Shown: positions 30,135-40,100 of the stretch, in pieces
Layout: each line of letters starts with the position of its first letter
How positions within the stretch are numbered: position 1 is the stretch's first letter
Assembly: GCA_016934215.1 (NCBI GenBank)
Contig: JAFGTE010000033.1
Coordinates: forward strand, 8,781 to 72,780
Source: Candidatus Peregrinibacteria bacterium
GTDB lineage: Bacteria > Patescibacteriota > Gracilibacteria > UM-FILTER-43-11
Length of the DNA stretch: 64,000 bases
Direction of reading: 5' to 3'
Notes under the pieces: model-generated
The model's database searches: none
What the model was told of the DNA's origin: nothing
The model's input: only the letters and a program-made list of their open reading frames with translations
Program-made: the position numbers and the translations under genes

Positions 30135-32228
30135 CTAAGTACCAATCGCAATCCAGTTAAAACTTTCACCGTTGTTACTTGAATCAACGGTTATGGTGAA
30201 TTGAGTAGTGGTTGTATTTGAAATATGATACCAAGTGTCGTTGTTACCGATTGTATCGGAACTATTCGGAGTAACTACCACAACAGGCGGACTGGTGAAA
30301 GTTTTATTAAAGGCTGTTGTTACGGAGTTGCCCGCTGTATTGGCAGTAGTTCCGTAGTCGATTACAGGTACACCAGTAGCGATAGCTTCAAAGGCTCCTC
30401 CGTCATTGCTTAATACCCATTGATTACTTGCGGCATCATATCCAATGATGCCGTTATTATCGGAACCCTGATTTACGATAATACCAACGTTTGCTCCGGG
30501 GCCGGTGTTATCATAATCAAGTGTAATAATGGTTCCATTAGTAAAGATATTGTCAGTGAATCCAAAAGCTGCGTTTGAGCTATCCCAGCCGAATAAATGA
30601 TCTGTTCCGTCATCAAAAGTAATATAGGAAAGTGCGGCGTTTCCATTGCCGATTTCCATTACCGCTCCTGTTCTTTCGATATCTATCGGGGCTGTTGCTG
30701 AAGCAATGCCGATACCGATGTTACCGGATGCGTCGATACTCCAATCGTTACTTGCCACAATAAAATCGTTGGTGCCGGTGTTGATTGTGAAGGCGCCATT
30801 GCCTGTAGTAAGGGTTTTGTCCACGTCGGTTGTATAAACACCCTCGAAATCCGAAGAACCGCCACCACCTGAGGCCGTAATGTCTTCCCAGACACTTCCG
30901 CTCCAGATGTAGGTGTTGTTGTCACTCGTGTTGTGGTAGATTTGACCCGCGACCGGACTTCCGGGGGCTGAAGACGCATTGTGCAAAGCGACATCGCGGA
31001 TCTGATTCTGGCCAAAGCTCAGATCGTCTGAAATCTGAAACTGGTCATTTGTATCGTTCCAGGTCAGGTTTTCCCAGGTGTTGCTATTTCTGCCTAAGCT
31101 CAGGGTTCCGTCGCTGTCGGTAGCCGCGTGGTCGTCTGCGACGTAGGCTTGTCCAATAACTGCTAAGTTGCCTTCAGCCCTCAGAGCGTCTGTTAAGGTG
31201 AAACGGCTATTGGAAGAATCCCAGAAAAGAGTTTCAGCCAGAGCGGTTCCAAATTGTAAGGTTACGTTGCCTCCGGTATCATCGTTATCAAGGATGAATG
31301 TATTTGAATCAGTTCCGATGTCAGTGTTTTGGGTATGGTTTCCTTCGCCTCCGCCACCCCCTTCCACTCTGGAAATCACCAGTGCAGAACCGCCTGCCAA
31401 AGTAGCAATGTTGGAGCTACCACTACTGCGTTGGGCCTGTATTTTAAGTTTATCCCCGGCACTCAGGTCTAAAGTGAAACTGCGGCTTGCTGTGGCATCC
31501 CCCTGAGTCGCGGTTCGGTTATACATTTTTGCGATAGAGCCAGCAACAGCGGCATAGCCTGAACCGGTATCCAGCATCAGCCTGGCTTCTGATTCACTTC
31601 GGTTGGTGCCGGAGGTAATATCGGTTGTGACTGCGTAGTTTACATAATAGGTTCCGTCAGTATTTACGGTGATTTCAGCTGAACCGGTTGAATGAGTGAA
31701 GTCAGTCGTTTTCTTTCTTTCTGTTCCCAGGGGTATATCCGTGAAGCCTGCATCAATACTGGTTCCTCCCGTTGAATCGTAGGCATCAAAGTATTCTGCG
31801 GTTCCACTACTTCCTCCACTACCAAAAGTCGTGAAGGCACCCCCATCGTTGCTATATTCCCACTCGTTAGTTGTGGCATTGTAGCGAATGGTTCCGTCAT
31901 TGTCGGAACCCTGGTTGGCGATAATATTAACCGTATTACCCGCTCCTGCATTATCTGCGTCCAGTGTTATATTTAAACCGTTCTGGCTAAAACCTCCGTC
32001 TATCGTGAGATCATCACTCAGATCAAAATTGAGGGTTGAGCTGTTCCATCTCAGGTATTTCCCAAGTGAAGCGCCGAACTGAAGGGTCACATTGCCTCCG
32101 GTATCATCAGCGTCCAGAATAATCGTGTTGGAAGCATTTTCATCTTCGTCGCTTGGCACAAAGTCGGCCAGTGCAAGTTGTGGAAGCAGTAGGGTAATAC
32201 CTGCGATGATGACGAGGAGTTTTTTCAT
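30135..32228 (-). CDS. Large secreted repeat protein A, a member of the TLQFG / NQNQIK / GQIYHNT module family.
   Basis: The signal peptide is MKKLLVIIAGITLLLPQLALA. Modules include NTIILDADDTGGNVTLQFGASLGKYLRWNSS, NTFILDNDDTGGNVTLQFGTALAETLFWDSSNSRF and NDQFQISDDLSFGQNQIRDVALHN..PVAGQIYHNTSDNNTYIWSGSVWEDIT. Confidence 0.75.
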   Translation of the reverse strand: MKKLLVIIAGITLLLPQLALADFVPSDEDENASNTIILDADDTGGNVTLQFGASLGKYLRWNSSTLNFDLSDDLTIDGGFSQNGLNITLDADNAGAGNTVNIIANQGSDNDGTIRYNATTNEWEYSNDGGAFTTFGSGGSSGTAEYFDAYDSTGGTSIDAGFTDIPLGTERKKTTDFTHSTGSAEITVNTDGTYYVNYAVTTDITSGTNRSESEARLMLDTGSGYAAVAGSIAKMYNRTATQGDATASRSFTLDLSAGDKLKIQAQRSSGSSNIATLAGGSALVISRVEGGGGGEGNHTQNTDIGTDSNTFILDNDDTGGNVTLQFGTALAETLFWDSSNSRFTLTDALRAEGNLAVIGQAYVADDHAATDSDGTLSLGRNSNTWENLTWNDTNDQFQISDDLSFGQNQIRDVALHNASSAPGSPVAGQIYHNTSDNNTYIWSGSVWEDITASGGGGSSDFEGVYTTDVDKTLTTGNGAFTINTGTNDFIVASNDWSIDASGNIGIGIASATAPIDIERTGAVMEIGNGNAALSYITFDDGTDHLFGWDSSNAAFGFTDNIFTNGTIITLDYDNTGPGANVGIIVNQGSDNNGIIGYDAASNQWVLSNDGGAFEAIATGVPVIDYGTTANTAGNSVTTAFNKTFTSPPVVVVTPNSSDTIGNNDTWYHISNTTTTQFTITVDSSNNGESFNWIAIGT

Positions 32229-32231
32229 TTT

Positions 32232-34403
32232 TTATTGAAGTTTTTTACCGGTGTAATTAAGGCGTAGCATTAAGATATTGATGTCGTTTGTATAGGTGTT
32301 GGCTACGTTGCCGGCTTCGCGGCTGAGGCGAATATTTACCATATCATCAGCGTCCAGAGCGGCGGCAGGAATGGTAAACGTAAAACGAGTGAGTTCCAAA
32401 GCTGTTCCTGGGGCAGCCTGTGTTGAATTTAATGTAGTAGCTCCTGAAATCGTTTCGCCGTTGGCCCAGGACTGATAATCGAGTTCAAAATAAACGTTGC
32501 CGGCTGTGACATCTTCCGGGGACCAGAAAACTTCCACCTGCAAATCGGTGCCGCTTTGCCAGTCGTCCGGTATAGGAAATGAATATGACATCCGACTGTT
32601 CCCGCCAGCGTCGAAGTTCACAGCCGGAGAGGTGCCGCTATTTACAGTACCTGCTGCCGCCGAAGTTCTAACGGCTCCATTGATATCCAGCCACACATAT
32701 TTGGTGGCGGTGGCGTCGGTGTATATGGGGCCTTTCACTCCAAGTGAATCTTCAATAAAGACGTCATTACCATCCAGAGTAAATGCTGGATTCGTGATTG
32801 TTTCAGCACTCGCTCCGATTGTTAAATCGTCTATGATATTCAGGCTGTCTGTTAAGACAAAGGCACTTTCTGAATTGTCCCAGAAGAGACTTTCTGTTAA
32901 TGTTCCTCCAAATTGCAGTGTGATATCAGTTCCGTCTCCATCAGAATCAATGGTGAAAGTGTTTGATGTGGTCCCAACGTCGGTGTTCTGTTCGTGTGCT
33001 CCGGCACCAGTTCCACTACTACCCTGTATTCCGCGCAGATCAATAATACGCAATACGTCTGTGCCCCCTTCCTGCATAATCAAATGAGCAATTGGAAAGC
33101 CGACAGTGCCCCATGCGACTGGAACTCCATTGACAGCTACTTTGTCGGGATCTTCAATAGCTTGTTCAATCGAAGTATATTCAGCGGTTGGTGGATTAAG
33201 TTGTCTTTCCATATGTAAACCACCATAAATATCACCCCAAATAAATAGTTTGAAATATTTGTTGTTACCAATTGGGTCATTTCCTCCTGCGCCGTCATCA
33301 TAATTTGTTACATCCAGTACACCGTAAGTGTTGTAATACTGATCCAGCATTAAATCGGTACTTGCAGTGTTTTTAGCAGGGTAATCAATTTCTTGGTGAA
33401 TGTGCATGACTGAACCCGCAGAAATCTGCACTTCAAGTCCGGTATTGGTGAATTCAGTGCCGCTTAACCACAAAGTCTGATCTAATCTTAGTCGTCTGTT
33501 GACGTCGCGGATAAAGTTCCTGATAAAGTTCGTCAGGTTTTCAATATAATAGTAGGTGGCATCAGAAGCGCCAACGGTTCCCACCAAAACTTCAGCGATC
33601 GGTACCCAGTCAAAAGTTTGGGTATCAGGGTTAGTTGTGCTTGCTTCCACAATACCCCCATCTTTTACGTATACGTAGTTTAAGGTCGGGTTAGTATCGG
33701 TTCCTCCCGTTAAGGCAATTCCCGGACTGATATTGTTGTTGATTTCGTATTCTGTGTTTTCGATATTAGCTACAAAAAAAGTATCTTCTGGATTTTCATA
33801 CGTCAAATAAGCCACGTTGCTTATCACGTTTTCACCGAGTACTAAATTATTGTCGATGGTATTTCGGTTGATCTCGTCGCTTTGGGCTGCCAGGGTATTC
33901 AGTTCTACCACCTGAGTCCAGTCCATTAAGCCCTTTGTTGTTTCAGTCGCTAAAGGGATATCATCTTCTCCGTTAATGTGAGTTAAGGCATGATAGCCAA
34001 TGGGTTCCCAGCCGGTTGACGTGTACATGTAAGTCTGTTCGTCGGTGGTGTTGTAGTACACCTGTCCTTCCATGGGTGTGAGGGGTGCGGTAGCAAGATT
34101 GTCGATTGTAAAGTTTTTGATTTGGTTTTGGTTGAGGTTTAGATCGTTGCTGAAATCGAACCAATCATTGCTGGTGTCGAAGGTGATTGTTTCAGAAAGT
34201 GAGTTTCCAAATTGTAAACTGACATTTCCGGTAACGTCGCCCCCGGCGTCAATAATAAAAGTGTCACTTCCATTGTCTTCGATTAGAAATTCGCTTTTAA
34301 AAACAATTCGAGCGTAAACGGGGTTGATTCCTGTCAGGAGTATGATTCCGGATAGTAATAAGACAGTGCTTTTTCCAATGATTTTTTGGAAGTGTTTTAG
34401 CAT
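32232..34403 (-). CDS. Large secreted repeat protein B of the same module family.
   Basis: It has a signal peptide. Modules are DTFIIDAGGDVTGNVSLQFGNSLSETITFDTSNDWFDFSNDLNLNQNQIKNFTIDNLATAPLTPMEGQVYYNTTDEQTYMYTSTGWEPIG and NTFTIDSDGDGTDITLQFGGTLTESLFWDNSESAF. Only 3 nt separate it from protein A, so the two are likely an operon. Confidence 0.75.
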   Translation of the reverse strand: MLKHFQKIIGKSTVLLLSGIILLTGINPVYARIVFKSEFLIEDNGSDTFIIDAGGDVTGNVSLQFGNSLSETITFDTSNDWFDFSNDLNLNQNQIKNFTIDNLATAPLTPMEGQVYYNTTDEQTYMYTSTGWEPIGYHALTHINGEDDIPLATETTKGLMDWTQVVELNTLAAQSDEINRNTIDNNLVLGENVISNVAYLTYENPEDTFFVANIENTEYEINNNISPGIALTGGTDTNPTLNYVYVKDGGIVEASTTNPDTQTFDWVPIAEVLVGTVGASDATYYYIENLTNFIRNFIRDVNRRLRLDQTLWLSGTEFTNTGLEVQISAGSVMHIHQEIDYPAKNTASTDLMLDQYYNTYGVLDVTNYDDGAGGNDPIGNNKYFKLFIWGDIYGGLHMERQLNPPTAEYTSIEQAIEDPDKVAVNGVPVAWGTVGFPIAHLIMQEGGTDVLRIIDLRGIQGSSGTGAGAHEQNTDVGTTSNTFTIDSDGDGTDITLQFGGTLTESLFWDNSESAFVLTDSLNIIDDLTIGASAETITNPAFTLDGNDVFIEDSLGVKGPIYTDATATKYVWLDINGAVRTSAAAGTVNSGTSPAVNFDAGGNSRMSYSFPIPDDWQSGTDLQVEVFWSPEDVTAGNVYFELDYQSWANGETISGATTLNSTQAAPGTALELTRFTFTIPAAALDADDMVNIRLSREAGNVANTYTNDINILMLRLNYTGKKLQ

Positions 34404-34532
34404 CTATATAATTCCCTATATTTTAGCATAATTTGACTTATTTTTCAATGGATTGTGGTTTTTGATACCTCCTTGTCCGCCCCACCATATGGCAGGGCGG
34501 GCAGAAGGCGTTTGTGCCAATTTTGGATTTAT

Positions 34533-34549
34533 TAACTATCACCAACATC
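34533..34549. repeat. Left arm of a perfect 17-bp inverted repeat bracketing gene 34557-36848.
   Basis: TAACTATCACCAACATC lies 8 nt beyond the stop codon. Its reverse complement is at 36996-37012. Confidence 0.8.
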
Positions 34550-34556
34550 TGCAGGA

Positions 34557-36848
34557 TTACTTGGTATAAGCCCAATCAATCCATGCCATGTCGGCCCAGT
34601 CAGCCGCACCAGTATCGTCCAGAAGCTTGATCTGGAACTCGATCTGGTCATCGGCGCTAAGACCCGCACAGCCAGCATTGATGGTGGCGGCTGGAATGTT
34701 TTGAGTTGCCCAGACGTTGGCCGAGTTGTTGTCATTGTCCGTAAAACAGGTGGCGGCATCGGTCACGTTGTACATGATAACTTCAACATCGTTAGAAGCG
34801 GCGGTGGTGGTACCTGTTCGGAATCTGAAATCAACGTCACCTGTGGCGTTAAAATCTTCTGGAACAAAAACCGTGAAGCGGATATCGATGTCCTGCTGAT
34901 TACCATTATTGGTCGTCCATTCGTAGTAACCGCTGTCTTCACCGGTGTCATAGAAGGATTCCAGAGTACCCTTATTATTGGTCCCATCGGCGTGTACGAC
35001 GGCATTTTGATATTCCGGATAGAAAGTCAGGATCTCGTAGTTGGCACCGTATAGGTCGCCGGCAATCTCCTGAATGGCACCTTCAACGTCGGTGGCTGTC
35101 AGGTAGGCGCCCGCGTCTTCGATTCCGACTAATGACGCGCCTTCTCCGTTGGCCGTGGAAGCCAGGTCGCCCCATTTTAGATCAAGCTTGTTTAAAGCGG
35201 TGTAAACAGGGTCGTTGTCAGCGAGTACGTTGTCTTCTGTGAAATTGAAGGTATTGCTGGTCGTTGAACCGAACAAAGTTTCGATTTCATTCAAAGCGGC
35301 TTCTATTTCAGCTCCTGTGAACCAAGCGGAGGCATCTTCAATGCCAACATTACTTGCACCATTACCATTGGTAGTAAGGGCAAATGAGTTGATGTTGTCG
35401 ACAATACCATCTTCATTAAAGGTGGGATTCCAGTCGGTGGTTGCCGGGTTGCTGGTTAACTGAACGATTCCCGTTAGCTGAGCGTCGTCAAAAATGACAT
35501 CATCACCGGCGTTGATAGAGATATCGCTGGTTCCGGTGGTCGTGATATCCGAATCAGCCGCGCCCTGAAAACTGAGAGCGCCTGCGGCGTCAACAGTGAT
35601 ACCGCCGGCTGTGGCATTTAAGTCAATGGCGTCAGTTCCGGTACCGGATGAATTCAAGACAACGCTTGAATCGGTGGCTCCTGTTACGGCGATCGTCAGA
35701 TCATCGCCCGCTCCGTCGGAAGCGACAGTAAAGTCAGACGCGTCAGCGGCGCCGATATGAACAGCGGTTGTTGAATCCAGATTAAAAGCGCCTGTAGCGT
35801 CCCAATCGACGATCAGAGAGTTGATGTCGATGGTATTACCACCGCTATCCAGAAAGTCAATCAATGAGGTTCCGCCGCTGTTTTCAAGTGAAAACAGGGT
35901 ATCACCGTTAGCGTTGGCAATAATTTCGAAAGGATTACTTCCGCCGGCTGCCAGACTGATTTCATGAGCACCTGCTCCGTCCTGATCGTAAGCTGACTGC
36001 AAGTCAACGGTGGCTGCGGGAGCAGAGCTCGCCCACGTACCTGGATTACCTACTCCGGTACAAATGTAGATCAAGTTCTCAGTTGTATCGAGTACGATTT
36101 CATCCAGATTTGTACAAGCTGCGGTTGCTTCGTCAGTGACTTCACGAATGTGAAATTCGCTTGAACCCTGAAATTGCAGAGCGCCAGTTGTTCTTAAATC
36201 GGCATCCGTGAAATCAAAAGAATCACCGGGTGCGGAAAGGGTGACCTTTTCATTGTTTGGATCGTAGCTGATCACAGCGTCTGTACCATCATTGCCTAAC
36301 TGAATCTCAACCGTGTCACCGAGCACGCCACCGGTTAAGTTGGCGCCTGTGGCGGTAAGTGTGCCTGCAGTAGAGGTATCTCCAGCGGTGGTTGTGAAGT
36401 TGTTAGCGGGGTCTGCCACTTCAGCGGTAACAGTAATGGTGTTCGCACTATAGGCAGCGTCTATAATGTGGCCTACCGTGTAGTTGTTATTGATAGCAGC
36501 CGTTAAACCTTGCAGTACAGCAGCTGTGTCAGCGGTATCGCCACCGGCACAATCTGTGGTGGTGGCTGTGTATACAACAGCGGTGCCGTTAATGGTGGCG
36601 GTAAAGGTTTCGCCAGCCACACAAGCGGCGTCAACCATGGTATAGGTTCCGGTTGATAGAGTTCCGTCAACCATATTGTCATTCTGATCTAGAATAATGC
36701 CCTCTGATTCGATGTTGAACCACTCATCATCTTCGAAGAGGATACGCGCGTTGGCTGCACCGGCGGTTGTGATAACCAGTGTAATGGCCAGCAAGGAGCC
36801 GGTTATGCGTTTAACCCACTTCGTGAATTTTGGGTTATGTGTATTCAT
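34557..36848 (-). CDS. Large secreted Thr/Ala/Gly/Asp-rich repeat protein C. Its C-terminal domain is shared with protein D, and the gene is bracketed by the 17-bp inverted repeat.
   Basis: The signal peptide is ...SLLAITLVITTAGAANA. The C-terminal block FYPEYQNAVVHADGTNNKGTLESFYD...YYEWTTNNGNQQDIDIRFTVFVPEDF parallels FHVEYEDTTIQGDGTNNRGLLSSYF...YYEWTTRRSTMQDVDIILSFRLPEDF in protein D. G+C is visibly higher than in its neighbours. Confidence 0.75.
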   Translation of the reverse strand: MNTHNPKFTKWVKRITGSLLAITLVITTAGAANARILFEDDEWFNIESEGIILDQNDNMVDGTLSTGTYTMVDAACVAGETFTATINGTAVVYTATTTDCAGGDTADTAAVLQGLTAAINNNYTVGHIIDAAYSANTITVTAEVADPANNFTTTAGDTSTAGTLTATGANLTGGVLGDTVEIQLGNDGTDAVISYDPNNEKVTLSAPGDSFDFTDADLRTTGALQFQGSSEFHIREVTDEATAACTNLDEIVLDTTENLIYICTGVGNPGTWASSAPAATVDLQSAYDQDGAGAHEISLAAGGSNPFEIIANANGDTLFSLENSGGTSLIDFLDSGGNTIDINSLIVDWDATGAFNLDSTTAVHIGAADASDFTVASDGAGDDLTIAVTGATDSSVVLNSSGTGTDAIDLNATAGGITVDAAGALSFQGAADSDITTTGTSDISINAGDDVIFDDAQLTGIVQLTSNPATTDWNPTFNEDGIVDNINSFALTTNGNGASNVGIEDASAWFTGAEIEAALNEIETLFGSTTSNTFNFTEDNVLADNDPVYTALNKLDLKWGDLASTANGEGASLVGIEDAGAYLTATDVEGAIQEIAGDLYGANYEILTFYPEYQNAVVHADGTNNKGTLESFYDTGEDSGYYEWTTNNGNQQDIDIRFTVFVPEDFNATGDVDFRFRTGTTTAASNDVEVIMYNVTDAATCFTDNDNNSANVWATQNIPAATINAGCAGLSADDQIEFQIKLLDDTGAADWADMAWIDWAYTK

Positions 36849-36995
36849 TTTATGAATTTTAGTTATTAATATCTGAGCCCTTTGGAGGGGATAGGCTCAC
36901 TTCCCCGTTAGACCTCATTGGCGTAAGGCCCCACTCCTTCCACTGCAAACCACTGTTATTGTGTTTCCCCCGTTTGGGGTCTGCAGAGGGAGAAG

Positions 36996-37012
36996 GATGT
37001 TGGTGATAGTTA
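36996..37012. repeat. Right arm of the perfect 17-bp inverted repeat.
   Basis: GATGTTGGTGATAGTTA lies 148 nt upstream of the ATG at 36848 and 168 nt downstream of the stop of gene D. Confidence 0.8.
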
Positions 37013-37179
37013 TTCGATCACATAGGCGTGTTGGTTAGTTAGTAATTTGTTTGAGTCTTCTTATGGACTCGATGGTGATTCCGATGCTAGAGTGATCGTG
37101 ACTTTGTTCACTGGTCTGCCGTTCCAATGAAAGTCCTCTAGATCAGAATCACCATTCAGTCCACAATGGTGAATTTGGT

Positions 37180-40100
37180 TTAAGTGCCGTTATAGTTAAA
37201 TATCACGTCGGAAACGCGAGTGTATCCGGTACTGGTTGTTTGCGGTTTGATGACAAGCGTTACGACATCTCCCGCATTAAAGGTGGGTGAACCGCCAAAG
37301 GTAATGCTGGCGGTCGTCCAGGTGGCGTTGGCTAAATCGGTTCCGCCAGTAAGTGAAACAGCGGTACCCGTTGTGTCGTACAGTGTAATATCAATCTGGT
37401 TGGTAGTCAGTACTCCATTACTGGTCTGGTACAGAATGGTAAGCGGTGTACTGGTAAAGCTCTGGAAATCTTCAGGAAGTCTAAATGACAAAATAATATC
37501 CACGTCCTGCATGGTGCTTCTTCTGGTGGTCCATTCGTAATAGTTGTATTTGCTCGTTCCGCCGGCATCGGCAAAATATGAACTGAGTAAGCCCCGATTG
37601 TTAGTGCCGTCTCCCTGAATGGTGGTGTCTTCATATTCCACATGGAAGACGGCCGTCTTTCCTTCCAGGCCGCCAAGCTGAATCCAGCCGGTGTTGGTTG
37701 AGTTTCCGGAATTTTTTATGTAAGCATTTCCGTTGCCGCTGTCTACAAGCAAATCACCGACTGAGCCTGTAATGGCACCTTCCGGGCTGGAGTCACTGCG
37801 AAAGAACTGAATATCACCACCAGTGTTTTCCAGAGTCGCGATAGCAGCAGTATTGGCTGCATTGGAATCGATGTGAAAAACACTGATAGGGTTTGTGTTG
37901 CCAATGCCGACCGAACCACCGTCGGTGAATATGACAAACGGCGTGCCGGCATCCTGCACCACGAAATCCCCGGTGCTCTGCAAATCCACCACAATATCAC
38001 CGGCCACACTTGATTCAAATTCAAGCCCACTGGCATTATTCACGGCCATTTTTTTATCGGCGTCTGCTCCATATACTCCATCCAGGTCGTCGACTCCGGT
38101 GGCTCCGGCTGTAATGTCATCCCAGCTCGCACCGTTCCACACGTAAGTATTTCCGTCTGCGGTGTTGTGATAAATCTGGCCTGCTACTGGTGCAAGTGGT
38201 GCCACTGCCAGATTATCAATGGCTACGTTTTTGATCTGATTCTGATTGAAATTGACATCATTACTGAAAGAAAACCAGTCATTCGTGATGTCGAAAGAAA
38301 GAAATTCGGCGAGTGTGGCACCAAAGAACAAATCAATTGTGCTACCAGCCCCTACCGTGTCGTCTGAATCGATGGTCCAGGAGTCAGCATTAGTTCCTCC
38401 CGGAATGTAGTTGATATTCCAAAGTCCTCCAATGCCCAGAGTAGCAATGTCTCCGGCTCCTGTGCCGACTTCTGCATTGTCAATAAAGTCCGCGTTGTTG
38501 GTATATGGCACTGAGCCTACAGTCTGTCGGTCATCCGTATCAGTACCGTTATCACCCGTTGGATCCATCACTTCATAAGCGGTGTCGGCAGCCCCTGTAA
38601 CCTTGATTTCCACCATCAGGTGTGTATGGGTGCTGAGCAGCATATTCGGCAAAGGTACGCCGCTGCCCAATTCCACAAAAAAGGTTCCGTCTGTGTTTGG
38701 CGTCAGCGTATGAGTCTCGAACCACCCGCCATAATTGGGCGCTGCTCCGTTAATGGCACCGACGCCATCAATATCCCCGGCTACTAAATCATCAGAATTC
38801 CATAAAGAAAACCGGAAGGTCTGCGAGGTGGTAATCGGATTATTGGAGCTGTCCAAAAGCTTTCCTTCGTACACAAACACAGTCGGTGTGGTTACCGCGG
38901 CAAAAGCTATCTGCTGGATCAGCATTGTGATAACCAGTGAAACTGACAACAGACTTCTTACTTTGAATTCACTCTTTCGTTTGTTTGACTTGCATGATTG
39001 TCCGATGGCGAAGATAAGAAGAATGCTCAAAAGCACCCAGATATTTTTTGAATCTTCAGATGCTTCGATGTTGAAGATATAGCGCTTGTTTCGCTGCACC
39101 TTTCCATCTTCGTATACCTGCACGATGTGCATCAGATAGCTTCCGTCTTTTAATTTCTCCGGAATTTCAAGTTTGTAGTCACCGTACGCATCAGCCTGGG
39201 TGCTTATGTGGGTGATGTCACTGACTCTGCTCCGCTGTTTTTCAATTGGCTGAATGTAGGCGTGATATTTTGTATTTGGTTTGCCGTTACCGGTAAAATT
39301 GCTCAGTTCTTCCACAGAGCCCAGACAAATATATTCACGGCTGATTTCGCCGTTTATAGCCAGATTATCGTGCAGTCGGTACTTACGGTCTTCAATGGTA
39401 ATCGTCCAATTTTTGTAAATTGCTCGGTTCTGATCGAATAGAGCGATGCCATAAGTCTTGTATTCCAGGAATGGAACACTTTCCATCATCAGCACACCTT
39501 CGGCGGTGCTCTTTACCCCCTGTCTGGTCACCGCATTTCCGTTTTCATCAAAGATGACCATTTCGTAGACAGTGTTCGGTTTAGCCTGAGTGACTAGGAA
39601 CGGCGTTTCATCCAGTACAGTAATTAGCTGACCTTTCTGGTATTGGCTGAAGTGATAGTCATAATAAGATAGTTTTTCTTCCAGCACTTCTTCTGTCGGA
39701 GCGGCGGGTTTCAGACCGGGTTCTTCGAGGCTGACCTCTTCCGGAGCGGCGGGTTTCAGACCGGGTTCTTCCAGTGCTTTAATTACAAATGCAAGGTCGG
39801 GATTGAATTCGGGTTCAAAAATCAGCTGTGATTCTTCTTCCGATTTTTCTTCCGGAGGGATTTCTTCCCCAGTTTCTATGGTGCAGAGTGGTGTACATCC
39901 ATCTTCGTAGTCTACGTTTCCGTCGTCACATTGTTCGCCGATTTCTTTGATTCCGTTGCCACAATGATGATCTTCAATCCGGCAACCTTTCGAACAGCCG
40001 TCGCCGTTAAGTAAGTTGCCATCATCACATTGTTCACCGGCTTCCCGTTTGCCGTTTCCGCAAGTAAATGTGTCACTGCCTCCGGGGCTGGTGTTGAAAC

